The translations under genes and the position numbers were made by a program. A stretch of 64,000 nt of DNA, taken from contig OX337235.1 in NCBI GenBank assembly GCA_946965045.2, positions 620,001 through 684,000 on the forward strand. The letters run 5' to 3'. Below the pieces are notes generated by a model, which saw only the letters and a program-made list of their open reading frames with translations, was not told where the DNA came from and searched no databases. Below, piece after piece: positions 9,859 through 19,300 of the stretch. This DNA is from Epithemia pelagica (Eukaryota > Protista > Bacillariophyta). How positions within the stretch are numbered: position 1 is the stretch's first letter; each line of letters begins with the position of its first letter.

Positions 9859-12800
9859 GGGGGCTTATACCAGTCTCAGTATTGGGTACATGGTTGTGTA
9901 AGAAAACGGCATGTGAAACGGCCATGGGCCAGAGCGCCGGATCGGCCAATTCTGGCCACTGTATGGCAGAGTGTAACATCATGGTGCGTGCAATCCACAT
10001 AATTGTTTGTATTGCCCTTTCAGCTATTCCGGCATGATGATGTGCCCCGACTCCTGCGAACCGCAAAATTTGAGCAAAGTTCTCAAGCGATTGGGAGTAG
10101 GATTTTGAGGTGAAAGCAGCTCCGTTGTCCGTTAGGTATTTGAGAGGAACTACACCCACTTCTCTACAAAATAGCTCAAAGGATCCTTTAACACTAAGCG
10201 TTTCATGAGTGTTAAGGTGTGATTGAAATCCTATCCATGTATACCCCGAGGCGTGATCGACAAAGATCGCGCCGCCCACATAAAGGTTGTCAACTTTTGA
10301 CTTCCCCCGAGAGTCAAATCTTCGTCCTTTTGTGGAGCACACAAAATGATCTACAGAGATACATTGTCCAGGATGGAGGTTGCCATCTTTGGTGACTCCT
10401 CGTCGATCCTTGACAATGGTTGTTGTCGAACCGGGTTCGGTGCGACGACGTTGTTTCCCAAATTGGCATGCTGCGCATAATGGTAAGTCTTGCAAAAGAG
10501 ATGCAGCTTGTGAGTGTAAGCGACGAGTCTTTTCTGTTGTTGCAAGGATACCAGTGCGCATCAAGAACTGTACCTTGCGAAAGTTAAGATGTCCAAGTCT
10601 GTAATGCCATTTGAGTAATTCCTTTTGAGGAGCGGTAAGATTTTCATTGTGTTGTGATACTTCGTTCACTGTTGTGTTGAGAGCTACCGAGCCAGTCATC
10701 ATGTTCTGCTTGTCGTACCCAAACGACATGGGCAGATTGTTGCTGGGATTCACCATGACAGTGACTTCTCGGCGGGATTCATCTCCTGGAATACCGGTTA
10801 AGGTAAGTGTGTAACCGTCTTGAATTATTTTCTCGCCGAAGTATGTTTGAAGTAACGATTGCGTCGACAAAAGTCTAACCGATGTTTTTGGTACTAGGAA
10901 CGCAGGGAGTTTGAGCGATCGGGGCATACCATTGGTGTCCAGGATCGTCCAAACAACTGTTCCACGGGCAGTAGCTTTCATCCGGTTGGCGATGCCCTTT
11001 ACTTGAAGACTTGGCAAAGAGCGAATCGGTCCCACAAAATCTTTCTCGTCGTTGGTAATGCAGACACTGGCCCCAGAGTCCCAGATAATTGGATAAGAGG
11101 CGTGTGAAGGCATAGAAGAGCGAAGTTTCGATGGATCCTGGAGTGCTGCTCTCAAGGCTTGTTGGGTGATATGTTCCCAAGGATGATGGTTCAACTCGGT
11201 GGTTGAGTGGTGGCAACGTGGTGGTTCCTGCAAGAGCATGGCCATTCCCATGAATTTGTTCTGGTTGAGTGGCGATGCAGGGTAGAAGTTGGGTACTTGA
11301 GGAAACGGTACGTTGCTTAAATTGCAGCAAAAGTTGCTGCTGTTTCTAGTATTCGATCTCTGACGGGTGTTGCCTGTCAGGTTGATAGTTGGTTCGGCGG
11401 AGGTCGACGGCTGGAAGCAAGAGGTACTGCGCCGGTTTTTGCAGCGGTGACTCGTCGGCATCCTGCGACGGTTGGTCGGTGGTGTGGAGGTCATGGCGCT
11501 CGGCGGTCGGTTGGGTACACGGCGGCGCTTGCGGTTGTGCCGGCTTGATCCGGAGTAAACGTGCCTGTTGTTCGTCGTGTTCCTGTTTCTCCCTCGCAGC
11601 GGAGTGACATGGCCTCGGAAACCCAGAGGGCCACCCGTCTCGGTGGATGCTGACAATCCCAACAATCTGCAAACCAACACAACAATCAACCTCAAAGCGG
11701 AGAAACAAAATCCAACAATCAAACTTGGAGGTGGAAGAGATCGTGGCTTTGAGCGGATTGGATTGCGGGTGTGGATGCGAGCGAGTCGGTACTTGAATCG
11801 GTTGACATGGTAGTTGGGGTGGTGTCCGAACCATGGTGAGTCAGGATAGCGAGAAGAGACGCGCCGAATGACCACCAAAACAACAATCCAACATGAGAGC
11901 CAAGTGATGATGGCAGGCATGAAGGATGGATGAGTCACGTATGAGAGCAGTAAGAACCATAGACCTGTATATAAGTCGTAGATTCCTGTTAGAAAATGGC
12001 TTAGACCGATGTAAATTGTAGTCTTTCCTTCATTGTAATAGGTGTCAGCTCCCGTAGAGGGTGAAGCGGTAGGGTAGAGCCACTGGATCACAGGTAGGAC
12101 AAGGACAAGGTGGGCGAGTGCAACTAAGAAAAGGTGCAGCCACGCAGAAGTTTCTGCCGTAGGTGTCTCGTCCGACTCACGCGCCAGCCGATCATCAAAA
12201 TCGCGACGGACCGGCGAAGGGGTCACGTGTCCGAACCTGAATGGGGTGTAGTGGACTTCTACGCATTTCCCTACCAGAGAATCCTCGTCGGATGATACTG
12301 TTTCGTCCATAGTGTCAATTGGGACGTTTTGTCGGTCCTGGGGACCTCCCTCCGATTCATTATTCTTGATCCAGAAATTTTGGGTCTCATTTTTAGAACA
12401 ATCGTCGACCCATGCCATGTTGGCAAAGTATTTGGTGAGCGGCACGGTTTTTGCTGAGTCGCCACCACTGCTTGCTGTGTCTGCATCGGTAGGTACGTAC
12501 TTCTCCCCAAGAGTGTTGTTGGGTGTAAACGAAGTAGAAGACAAACTGTCTGCACTACTCTCACGATGTGTTCGGAGTTGTGTTGATGCAGGTGTAAAGC
12601 GATGGCCAATGGACGACGTGTCCATCGGTTGAATATCGAAGCAAGGCATCATCGGTCCAGGAGGAATGGGGAACATGCCAGGGAAAGAGTGTTCCGGTCG
12701 AGGGTGATTTGGGATCAAAGTCCCATCGACATAGTATCCCATTGCCCATTCTTCTTCCTTGACACGCTGATATGCTTCAGCGACGGTAAGTTTTGGTTCA

Positions 12801-15187
12801 CGCCATGCATTGGCAAAGACTGTTTTTGCTGCACGTTCGTATCTCATTCCATCACGTTTTGCCTGTTCTGCTTCGAGAACGAATTGTTCAGACGAGTAAC
12901 GAGCAATTGGCTGCTGCATGGTGAGTTTTCGTCGCGAAGGCAGTTGCGGTGGAGGAGACGGAGCTTGGTGTGCCAGCGCAAAGGGTGCTGATGGCCGTGG
13001 CGGAAGCGGTGGCTGTGGAAGAATTGGTGAGATGGCAGGGAGTTTCTTTTCAAGGCTAGGTGGTCGTCCCTCCTGCAGCATTTTGAGAGGGGCATTCATA
13101 TCATCGACGGACAAATCCATGCTGGCTTCTGGCGTACGGTAAGTGTCATTATTTGCCATGCTGGTGTCTTTTGTGTCTTGATCCATGCTTTCATAGCTCT
13201 CATTGACTGCTGCTGCTGCCTGGATTTCTTTGTCGTACAAACCTTCGAGGAAACGTTGGGTTTCCAAATCGGAGAATTTGACAGCTTCAGAATCGAGGGC
13301 AGACAGAGATGGTCCCAGTTCCTCCCACTTGTTGAAATACTTCGGCTCGTTTCCAAAGTCAGGTTCAATGGAAGTTGAGGTAGGTTCCGTGGTATTGATT
13401 GTGCTTGTTGTGTTGCAAGAAGAAGAGTCTTGCATGTCGCTTGTGGTTGTCTCACTGTCTTGTTCTTCTTGTTCCAATGCTGCTGAGGTAATGCGATCAG
13501 GCGTTACCAGGTTCAAGGTATTGGATGAGAAGAGGGACGAGGAGGTTGATGACCCATCGTCCATTTCTTCTTCGGTGTCAACGATTTGGGTCAAATTGAC
13601 CACAAGATTGTACGCACAAAGGTTGTACTCGTCGTCCGTCTCGGGGCAATCCACATCAGTTTTAGCGTCGTCCATGTTGGGAGGACACTTCACACAAACA
13701 CAATTTGCTTCAAAATCGTCGTGGTCGAAGAGCCAAGAGTGCTCTTTGTTGACCATTTCGTAAGTATTCGCATCATCAAAGCCGTTTTTCTCGATGTATG
13801 CTGCCCATGCTGCCGGTTCCATTTCTAACTTGTTTGCTTGATGCTGTTTGGAACTCGACTTGTTGGATTTGAAACCAACAATATGCTCACTGGTTTTGTG
13901 AGTTGGATTCCAGTTGGTGCATTTTCCGCACCAATACATGGGCTTTCCGTCCACCATCCGCATTTCTGGTTCCCCTTCTTTGGGAGGGATGCGGCGCCAG
14001 TTGTTATCGCTGGAAGAGGTACGTTTCGTGAAGTTGTTGTTGTTTTTGTTTTTGTTGTTGTTCTTCCCCTTCTCACGAACGTATGTCTTCTTGTTCCCGG
14101 GTGTGTTCATTTGCTGAACAAGAGCGTTGGCTTGAATGGACTTGGTCTGTTTTCCTTTCTTGGAAACTGTGGCATTGTTAGCACCATACGATGTTGGTGG
14201 TGCCTTGGAATCCCGGTGAGTGCTCTTTGCGCTCCATTCCCCGCGCTTTACACTAACCCAATATTTGCTGTTTGCCTCTTCGATCACGTGCATATAGAGC
14301 AGCTTGTTTGTGGTCATGTATTGATCCGCTGCTGCACGGTCGAGAAACCGAATGTGATCGACACTGTCCTGGACAGACTTGTTCAGGAGCAGGAGAGAAA
14401 ACTTCGGAGTCGGCGGCCATTCTGCTTTCAAAATGTTTGTGAGCAGGCTCGCCGTGAGGGTGTGGTCGTAAAGACCAGCGGCGGTAAGAGATCGGGCCTT
14501 TGCGGCGAAATCGGTGGTAAGTGCAGTGATGTCATGGCCGGTGTAGTTGTGCGGGTCCAATGAACGCATCTCACTTTTTACGATTTCCCAATGTTCGATT
14601 GAGTCGTCCGTAATAATCCGGACGATGATCATGAACAGCTCCGGAAAGGATGCAACGTCGCGGGATTGGTCCTCCACTTCCCGTCGAAATGTCTTATCCA
14701 ATGAGTCAAGTAAGTAGTCTTGCGCCGCGGCATCGTTGTTGGCGTCATACTTATCATACTTGCTCACCTGTTGTTTCATTGCTTCGTGAACCTTTGTGTG
14801 AGTGAACCGTGGGTGTTCGGTAACGATGTTGAGCATGGAGGACTTACTGAGTGGATCGAGTAAGTACATAATCGTATCCATGCCGTGTTTCGTGAAATGG
14901 CGGACTAATTCATCTTGGAGTCTTGAAAAATCGCCTTTCTTCTTATCGAACTTTTCTACAGGGCCAGTCACCCGATCAAGGTACCGCTTGTCGGTAAAGG
15001 TACGTAGCTGGAGACTGCGGACTGGATGGTCCTTGGCTTTGTGGTCTAACCCTTTCCAATCTGGTTTGGGTTTACCGCCAGTCCAGGGGACGTACGTGTC
15101 CTTGCTGGATTGAACGAGGCCGCCCATTCTGGGACGGTCGGGCACAAAGACATCAGTGTCTTGTTGGGGAGAGTCTTCACCTGACAT
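9584..15187 (-). CDS. Copia-1 gag-protease-integrase polyprotein
   Basis: ATG at 15187. Gag with zinc knuckle WCGKC..WNPTHKTSEH, protease IIWDSGAS, pre-integrase WHYRLGH...CAAC, integrase SVDH / LTDNG / AERAIQ. Residues after FTRV are out-of-frame read-through. Confidence 0.9.
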   Translation of the reverse strand: MSGEDSPQQDTDVFVPDRPRMGGLVQSSKDTYVPWTGGKPKPDWKGLDHKAKDHPVRSLQLRTFTDKRYLDRVTGPVEKFDKKKGDFSRLQDELVRHFTKHGMDTIMYLLDPLSKSSMLNIVTEHPRFTHTKVHEAMKQQVSKYDKYDANNDAAAQDYLLDSLDKTFRREVEDQSRDVASFPELFMIIVRIITDDSIEHWEIVKSEMRSLDPHNYTGHDITALTTDFAAKARSLTAAGLYDHTLTASLLTNILKAEWPPTPKFSLLLLNKSVQDSVDHIRFLDRAAADQYMTTNKLLYMHVIEEANSKYWVSVKRGEWSAKSTHRDSKAPPTSYGANNATVSKKGKQTKSIQANALVQQMNTPGNKKTYVREKGKNNNKNKNNNNFTKRTSSSDNNWRRIPPKEGEPEMRMVDGKPMYWCGKCTNWNPTHKTSEHIVGFKSNKSSSKQHQANKLEMEPAAWAAYIEKNGFDDANTYEMVNKEHSWLFDHDDFEANCVCVKCPPNMDDAKTDVDCPETDDEYNLCAYNLVVNLTQIVDTEEEMDDGSSTSSSLFSSNTLNLVTPDRITSAALEQEEQDSETTTSDMQDSSSCNTTSTINTTEPTSTSIEPDFGNEPKYFNKWEELGPSLSALDSEAVKFSDLETQRFLEGLYDKEIQAAAAVNESYESMDQDTKDTSMANNDTYRTPEASMDLSVDDMNAPLKMLQEGRPPSLEKKLPAISPILPQPPLPPRPSAPFALAHQAPSPPPQLPSRRKLTMQQPIARYSSEQFVLEAEQAKRDGMRYERAAKTVFANAWREPKLTVAEAYQRVKEEEWAMGYYVDGTLIPNHPRPEHSFPGMFPIPPGPMMPCFDIQPMDTSSIGHRFTPASTQLRTHRESSADSLSSTSFTPNNTLGEKYVPTDADTASSGGDSAKTVPLTKYFANMAWVDDCSKNETQNFWIKNNESEGGPQDRQNVPIDTMDETVSSDEDSLVGKCVEVHYTPFRFGHVTPSPVRRDFDDRLARESDETPTAETSAWLHLFLVALAHLVLVLPVIQWLYPTASPSTGADTYYNEGKTTIYIGLSHFLTGIYDLYTGLWFLLLSYVTHPSFMPAIITWLSCWIVVLVVIRRVSSRYPDSPWFGHHPNYHVNRFKYRLARIHTRNPIRSKPRSLPPPSLIVGFCFSALRLIVVLVCRLLGLSASTETGGPLGFRGHVTPLRGRNRNTTNNRHVYSGSSRHNRKRRRVPNRPPSAMTSTPPTNRRRMPTSHRCKNRRSTSCFQPSTSAEPTINLTGNTRQRSNTRNSSNFCCNLSNVPFPQVPNFYPASPLNQNKFMGMAMLLQEPPRCHHSTTELNHHPWEHITQQALRAALQDPSKLRSSMPSHASYPIIWDSGASVCITNDEKDFVGPIRSLPSLQVKGIANRMKATARGTVVWTILDTNGMPRSLKLPAFLVPKTSVRLLSTQSLLQTYFGEKIIQDGYTLTLTGIPGDESRREVTVMVNPSNNLPMSFGYDKQNMMTGSVALNTTVNEVSQHNENLTAPQKELLKWHYRLGHLNFRKVQFLMRTGILATTEKTRRLHSQAASLLQDLPLCAACQFGKQRRRTEPGSTTTIVKDRRGVTKDGNLHPGQCISVDHFVCSTKGRRFDSRGKSKVDNLYVGGAIFVDHASGYTWIGFQSHLNTHETLSVKGSFELFCREVGVVPLKYLTDNGAAFTSKSYSQSLENFAQILRFAGVGAHHHAGIAERAIQTIMWIARTMMLHSAIQWPELADPALWPMAVSHAVFLHNHVPNTETGISPHDVFTRVPCRREEATPLEAKIYSLPTYGVKYATCQYCSISLKSSNWLYYAPVPCSVRRLVQHYCHVCRPASGLCIRTLVSPVWRFCISIYH

Positions 15188-15589
15188 GGTGTTGGAAGCA
15201 ACAATCAGCCGCTTTTGGGAAGAACGAGACGCGTCGGTTTGCTGGGCAGAGCCAGAGAGAGGTGCGGTCTGTTGCTGGGGTTCTTGCTGGGTGTTTGCAA
15301 GATCAGGTGGTACACTGAGTGGAGGCTCAGTGGGGTCAGTCCGATTCGGGTCAGGAGTGGTGTCAGACTCGTCGACACTCTCTGCTGTTACGAGTTCGAA
15401 ACTGCCAGCGCCACTAGAGGTAGGAGAGTCTTGGTCTTCCTCCGTTGTGGCTACGGGGTGGATGCCTTGCTAGGGATGTCCACTCCTTGCGCGCGTATAG
15501 ATGCCGTAGTAAGAGGTGAACCTTATAGAGTTCTCCCTCTTGGTAATATAATAGTCGATCGATCAGGAAACGTCTGGTTTACCAGCCTT

Positions 15590-15607
15590 ATTTGGGCTCA
15601 GCAACCA
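15590..15607 (-). promoter_or_regulatory. Putative primer-binding site of Copia-1
   Basis: Minus-strand TGGTTGCTGAGCCCAAAT starts immediately after the 5' LTR. TGG is complementary to tRNA CCA. The priming tRNA was not identified. Confidence 0.6.
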
Positions 15608-16339
15608 CTTAATGTAAACAGATATCTAGGTGTTGGTAAAGACACGTGTTAGATATAGGTGGGGTAGTCAATATAGCTCGGGTAGCCAACCTACTGCGGT
15701 GAAACGACGATGGGGCCCTCACCTTCGAATCAGCAACTAGGTCGACTCTCTTTCACAAACAGTTTGGTTACAAACTTTTGGTTTATAAAAAGAGTGAGCT
15801 TATTCTAAGATGAAAAGTGATTTTGGAGCTGGTTTGATCTCCTCGATCCTCTAGGTATGGAACTTGTTCTATTTGTTCCATAGAGCAGTTCTTTTTGTTC
15901 TGTGCACTAGTGGGAGATCTCACCTCTCCTATTGTATCTTGTTTTGGATCTTTACTCGATGGACTTACCTTTGACACTCTTCAGGTGGCCGGATGGCCTG
16001 CCTGAGATCCATTTGTTTTCTCAATATTGAGAGGAAGATTCGGTATCCGGTGGCTCGCCCGACATGCAAATATATGCGGCTGTATAGTGGGCTCGCGGTC
16101 TGGCAAGTTTTTATGTAAATAATATAGTAAGGCGTAAATCACGTAAAGTTCCTTAGTTTTGGCGAGCAGCGCGATCAGTACTCTAAAGCAGCTGCTCGAT
16201 GCGTTGAGGTTCAATTGACATGCGTTGAGGTGCAACGCCTGCTTCTGATCGGCATATGGCACGTCTGACCGCACGTCACGCATATAGCTAGAGGAAATAG
16301 TCTAATGTCTAGAGAGTCGAGAGCGGTATTCTATAACTC
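15608..16339 (-). repeat. 5' LTR of Copia-1 (732 bp)
   Basis: Direct repeat of 6607-7338, bounded by the PBS on one side and TSD ATGCA on the other. Confidence 0.96.
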
Positions 16340-19300
16340 ATGCATCAATGCTCAACAGATGGTACGCTGAGTAAGCTTACAGCGAATATTCGTCAATGCT
16401 TTCATCAATTTGAGGAGGATAGTCAAGAGATAGTCAAGTGCCAAGGAAGGTATTTCGCCAAGCACCGTATTATATGTGCTTTGCACGAATTCGCTAATTT
16501 ATCTCACATTCCTATCAAGGGAGCCGAAACGATGAAAGTTGAAGCAAAAGCTGGAATAAAGCAACATGCAATTTCAATCAAACAAATGATATCGGATGGA
16601 TCAGATCCACCAAAGATCGAAAGAGAGCTAAAAGCGTTGAGAAAGTCTGTATCAATTGACCATTTCACTGGAAACGAAGGTACATCCTGTCTTCATGTCA
16701 TTCAAAATATCCAAGAGGAAGAGGGCGAAGAGTTGGAAAGCGAAATACGAAACCTGATTGAGCACCGAGAGTACTCACGCGTCATCGATCTCCTGAAGCC
16801 CTACAAAAACTGCCGAACTACTCATACCAACAAGTGTCGTACAATTGTCTCCACAAATTTGCTCCGTATTCTTTATGAATCTTTCTCGGAACTCTCGGCT
16901 CGTAATATGAGCGGAGATGGTCTCGATACCGTCGCAGAAAACATAGCTGTCCTTAAGCGATTTTTGGACGGGCTTGGAGACTTTACTGTAGATTGCAGAC
17001 TTTCCTTACCGCGAGATATACGAAAACTCAAGACGAAGATCAATTCTTGCCTGTGCTTGATATGCTCAGATATGAAAGAGTCAGCGAAACGGCCAGACTT
17101 TGTCAGCCTCGGTACAGGAAAAATTGCTGTAAAAGCATTCTCGTCATCCAAGATTCATGTCTACATTTCGAAAGCAACTAGATCCCAAATGAACAATGCA
17201 TTGGCTGCTTTCAAGGAAGCAGTTGATTCCGTTTCACGTCATCTGGAGAATTTCGTTTCGTCTGGCTTGACAGAAGGCTCTTTGTTAGTTGGTGATCTAA
17301 TTAGTTTGCGCGAGGCCCGTGATCACGATTCCCAAACTCTGGAGGAACTCTCGACGATCTATACATCGATACAAAAAGATCTTATCAAGCAATTGAACGA
17401 GAAGTACAGGACTATATCAATGGCGGTTGAACGCCATATGTGTTTCGAAGAAGCCATAGCGTGGATGAGAGCACTTGGGCGACAGATGGACTTTGGTTTG
17501 CGCGACCATCTACGAACCAAGGACCTTGTTTTTGACATCAACGCACAGGTGGATCGTTGGCGTTCGCAGAAGACTGATTACGAGAAGGACTTGGAGTTTG
17601 AAGGAATTGACGCCGACATTAAGCTGGACAAATGGTCTCATTCCCTCGCTAGTTTGGATCCAAAGTCAAAGTGGTGGTTCCCCGGGTTCCTGCGGTCTGG
17701 GCGAGACAGTGCCTATTGGCGCCTTTGTTACACGCTTGAAACCAAGATAGAACGAGTTTTTATGTCTGGAAAAGCGGCACTATTAAGGAACAAAGATCAT
17801 GAAACGGCATAGGAGAAGATATCAATGTTGGACTTAATCAGCAAGAAGCTGGGTAAGAATGTCTCGAAATCTATTGTAGCTCGAGACGAATTGAAGAAAA
17901 TTGCATTGGATTCGTTTCTTTGCCTTTGCCGTGATGCCCAACATGCATTGGAGGTCGGAGGACTAAGTCATCAGTTCCAGCGGCTCTTCCCTGACTATCG
18001 AAATTTTGTTATCCATGTTCCGGTAGCAATGCTTTCAGATTCCGGAAAGAATGCTTTCTCTTCGACAAATCAAAAAAATACGAAGAACTTGATAAAAAGA
18101 TTGCTGAGTTGGAAAGCTTATTAGAGTCATTTGACTTCCGGAAAATTAAGGAACCGGTTGAGCATCTGCGGTTGGATGGGGGCTTCATAGCAGATAGGTT
18201 CACACTGCTGCATGAGGAAGTGGAATGTTCCGAACATGCGAATGTTGATCGGTGGTTAGAAAAGATTCAGTCCCTTTCCATGACTCACTTTTGCCGTGGT
18301 CGCCGTCTTGACAAGATAAAGCATTTCGCCGTCCTCGGGTTGCCTCCTTCGGCTTCTCTGACGGACATCATCCAGACAAAGGAAACAATGGATGGACAAC
18401 TAAAAAGAAAGGGTGGCTACAAGAATGACAGCGAGTTGAGAGCGAAGTTACGAAAAGTTGAGATTGCTTATTTGGAGTTGACCAAATATGAGAGCACGGA
18501 CATTGAGAATGTTGCACAACCTTTTGATGATGTAGTCTTTTCTCTTGGAGATCGCCTGCGAAAGCGAACGAGAGAGTTGCTACAACAACAGAAATATCAT
18601 CAGGTCGAGCAGTTGCTGTTTAAACTGGATGGTCTGCATTTATTGGATGATCTAGTCAGTCCTCCGATGGAGTCAAACAAGACTTTACAAGCGGTAAGCC
18701 AATTGGTAAAACAGCACGTAGACGGGGTGAGGGTTGATGTAAATACGAACTGGTCAGAACGAAAATACAAGTCCGTCAATGAGAATATTGCTGATCTGAA
18801 ACAAATGGAGGCGAGTTTCAAGTCTTACCATGATATTTTTCCAACATCATGGAACACCGGAGTATTACGTGCTATCGAATCCGAGATTGAGTCGCTGGGC
18901 GCTCGGGCACGTGGCTTTCTGGAATCGAAAGTTACAGCGTACCAGAAGTTGGATGACTTTCGTCGATGCTTTGTACGGATGGGGTATGTCCTTGATGAAT
19001 TGGTTTGGTTCAAAGATATCACGAAATCGACGATGTATTCAGTCCTGGAGGCTTGTTTGAATGCTGATTGGGGCCACGGGTTCTTGTTTGAACTGGGACT
19101 TAGTCTACAACGAGGTGACGCAAATGCAGATGATGACGAGAATCGCATTTGTCAAATGATCGTTGCAGAGTTTAGTCATTTCAAGGAGGTTCAGACTATG
19201 GTGTGGAATGAAGAGACATGCCAGAAGCCTGCCGATGATACAGTTCATGATATACGAGGAGAGCAACGAAGTAGCTCAGGCACGAAAGAGTTGGACATTG

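Larger units (their letters stand above)
6607..16339 (-). mobile_element. Ty1/copia (CoDi-type) LTR retrotransposon, full length but with a pol frameshift
   Basis: 732-bp direct LTRs. 5-bp TSD ATGCA at 6602-6606 and 16340-16344. PBS-like TGG start and PPT present. Domain order gag-PR-IN-RT-RH. Confidence 0.96.
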
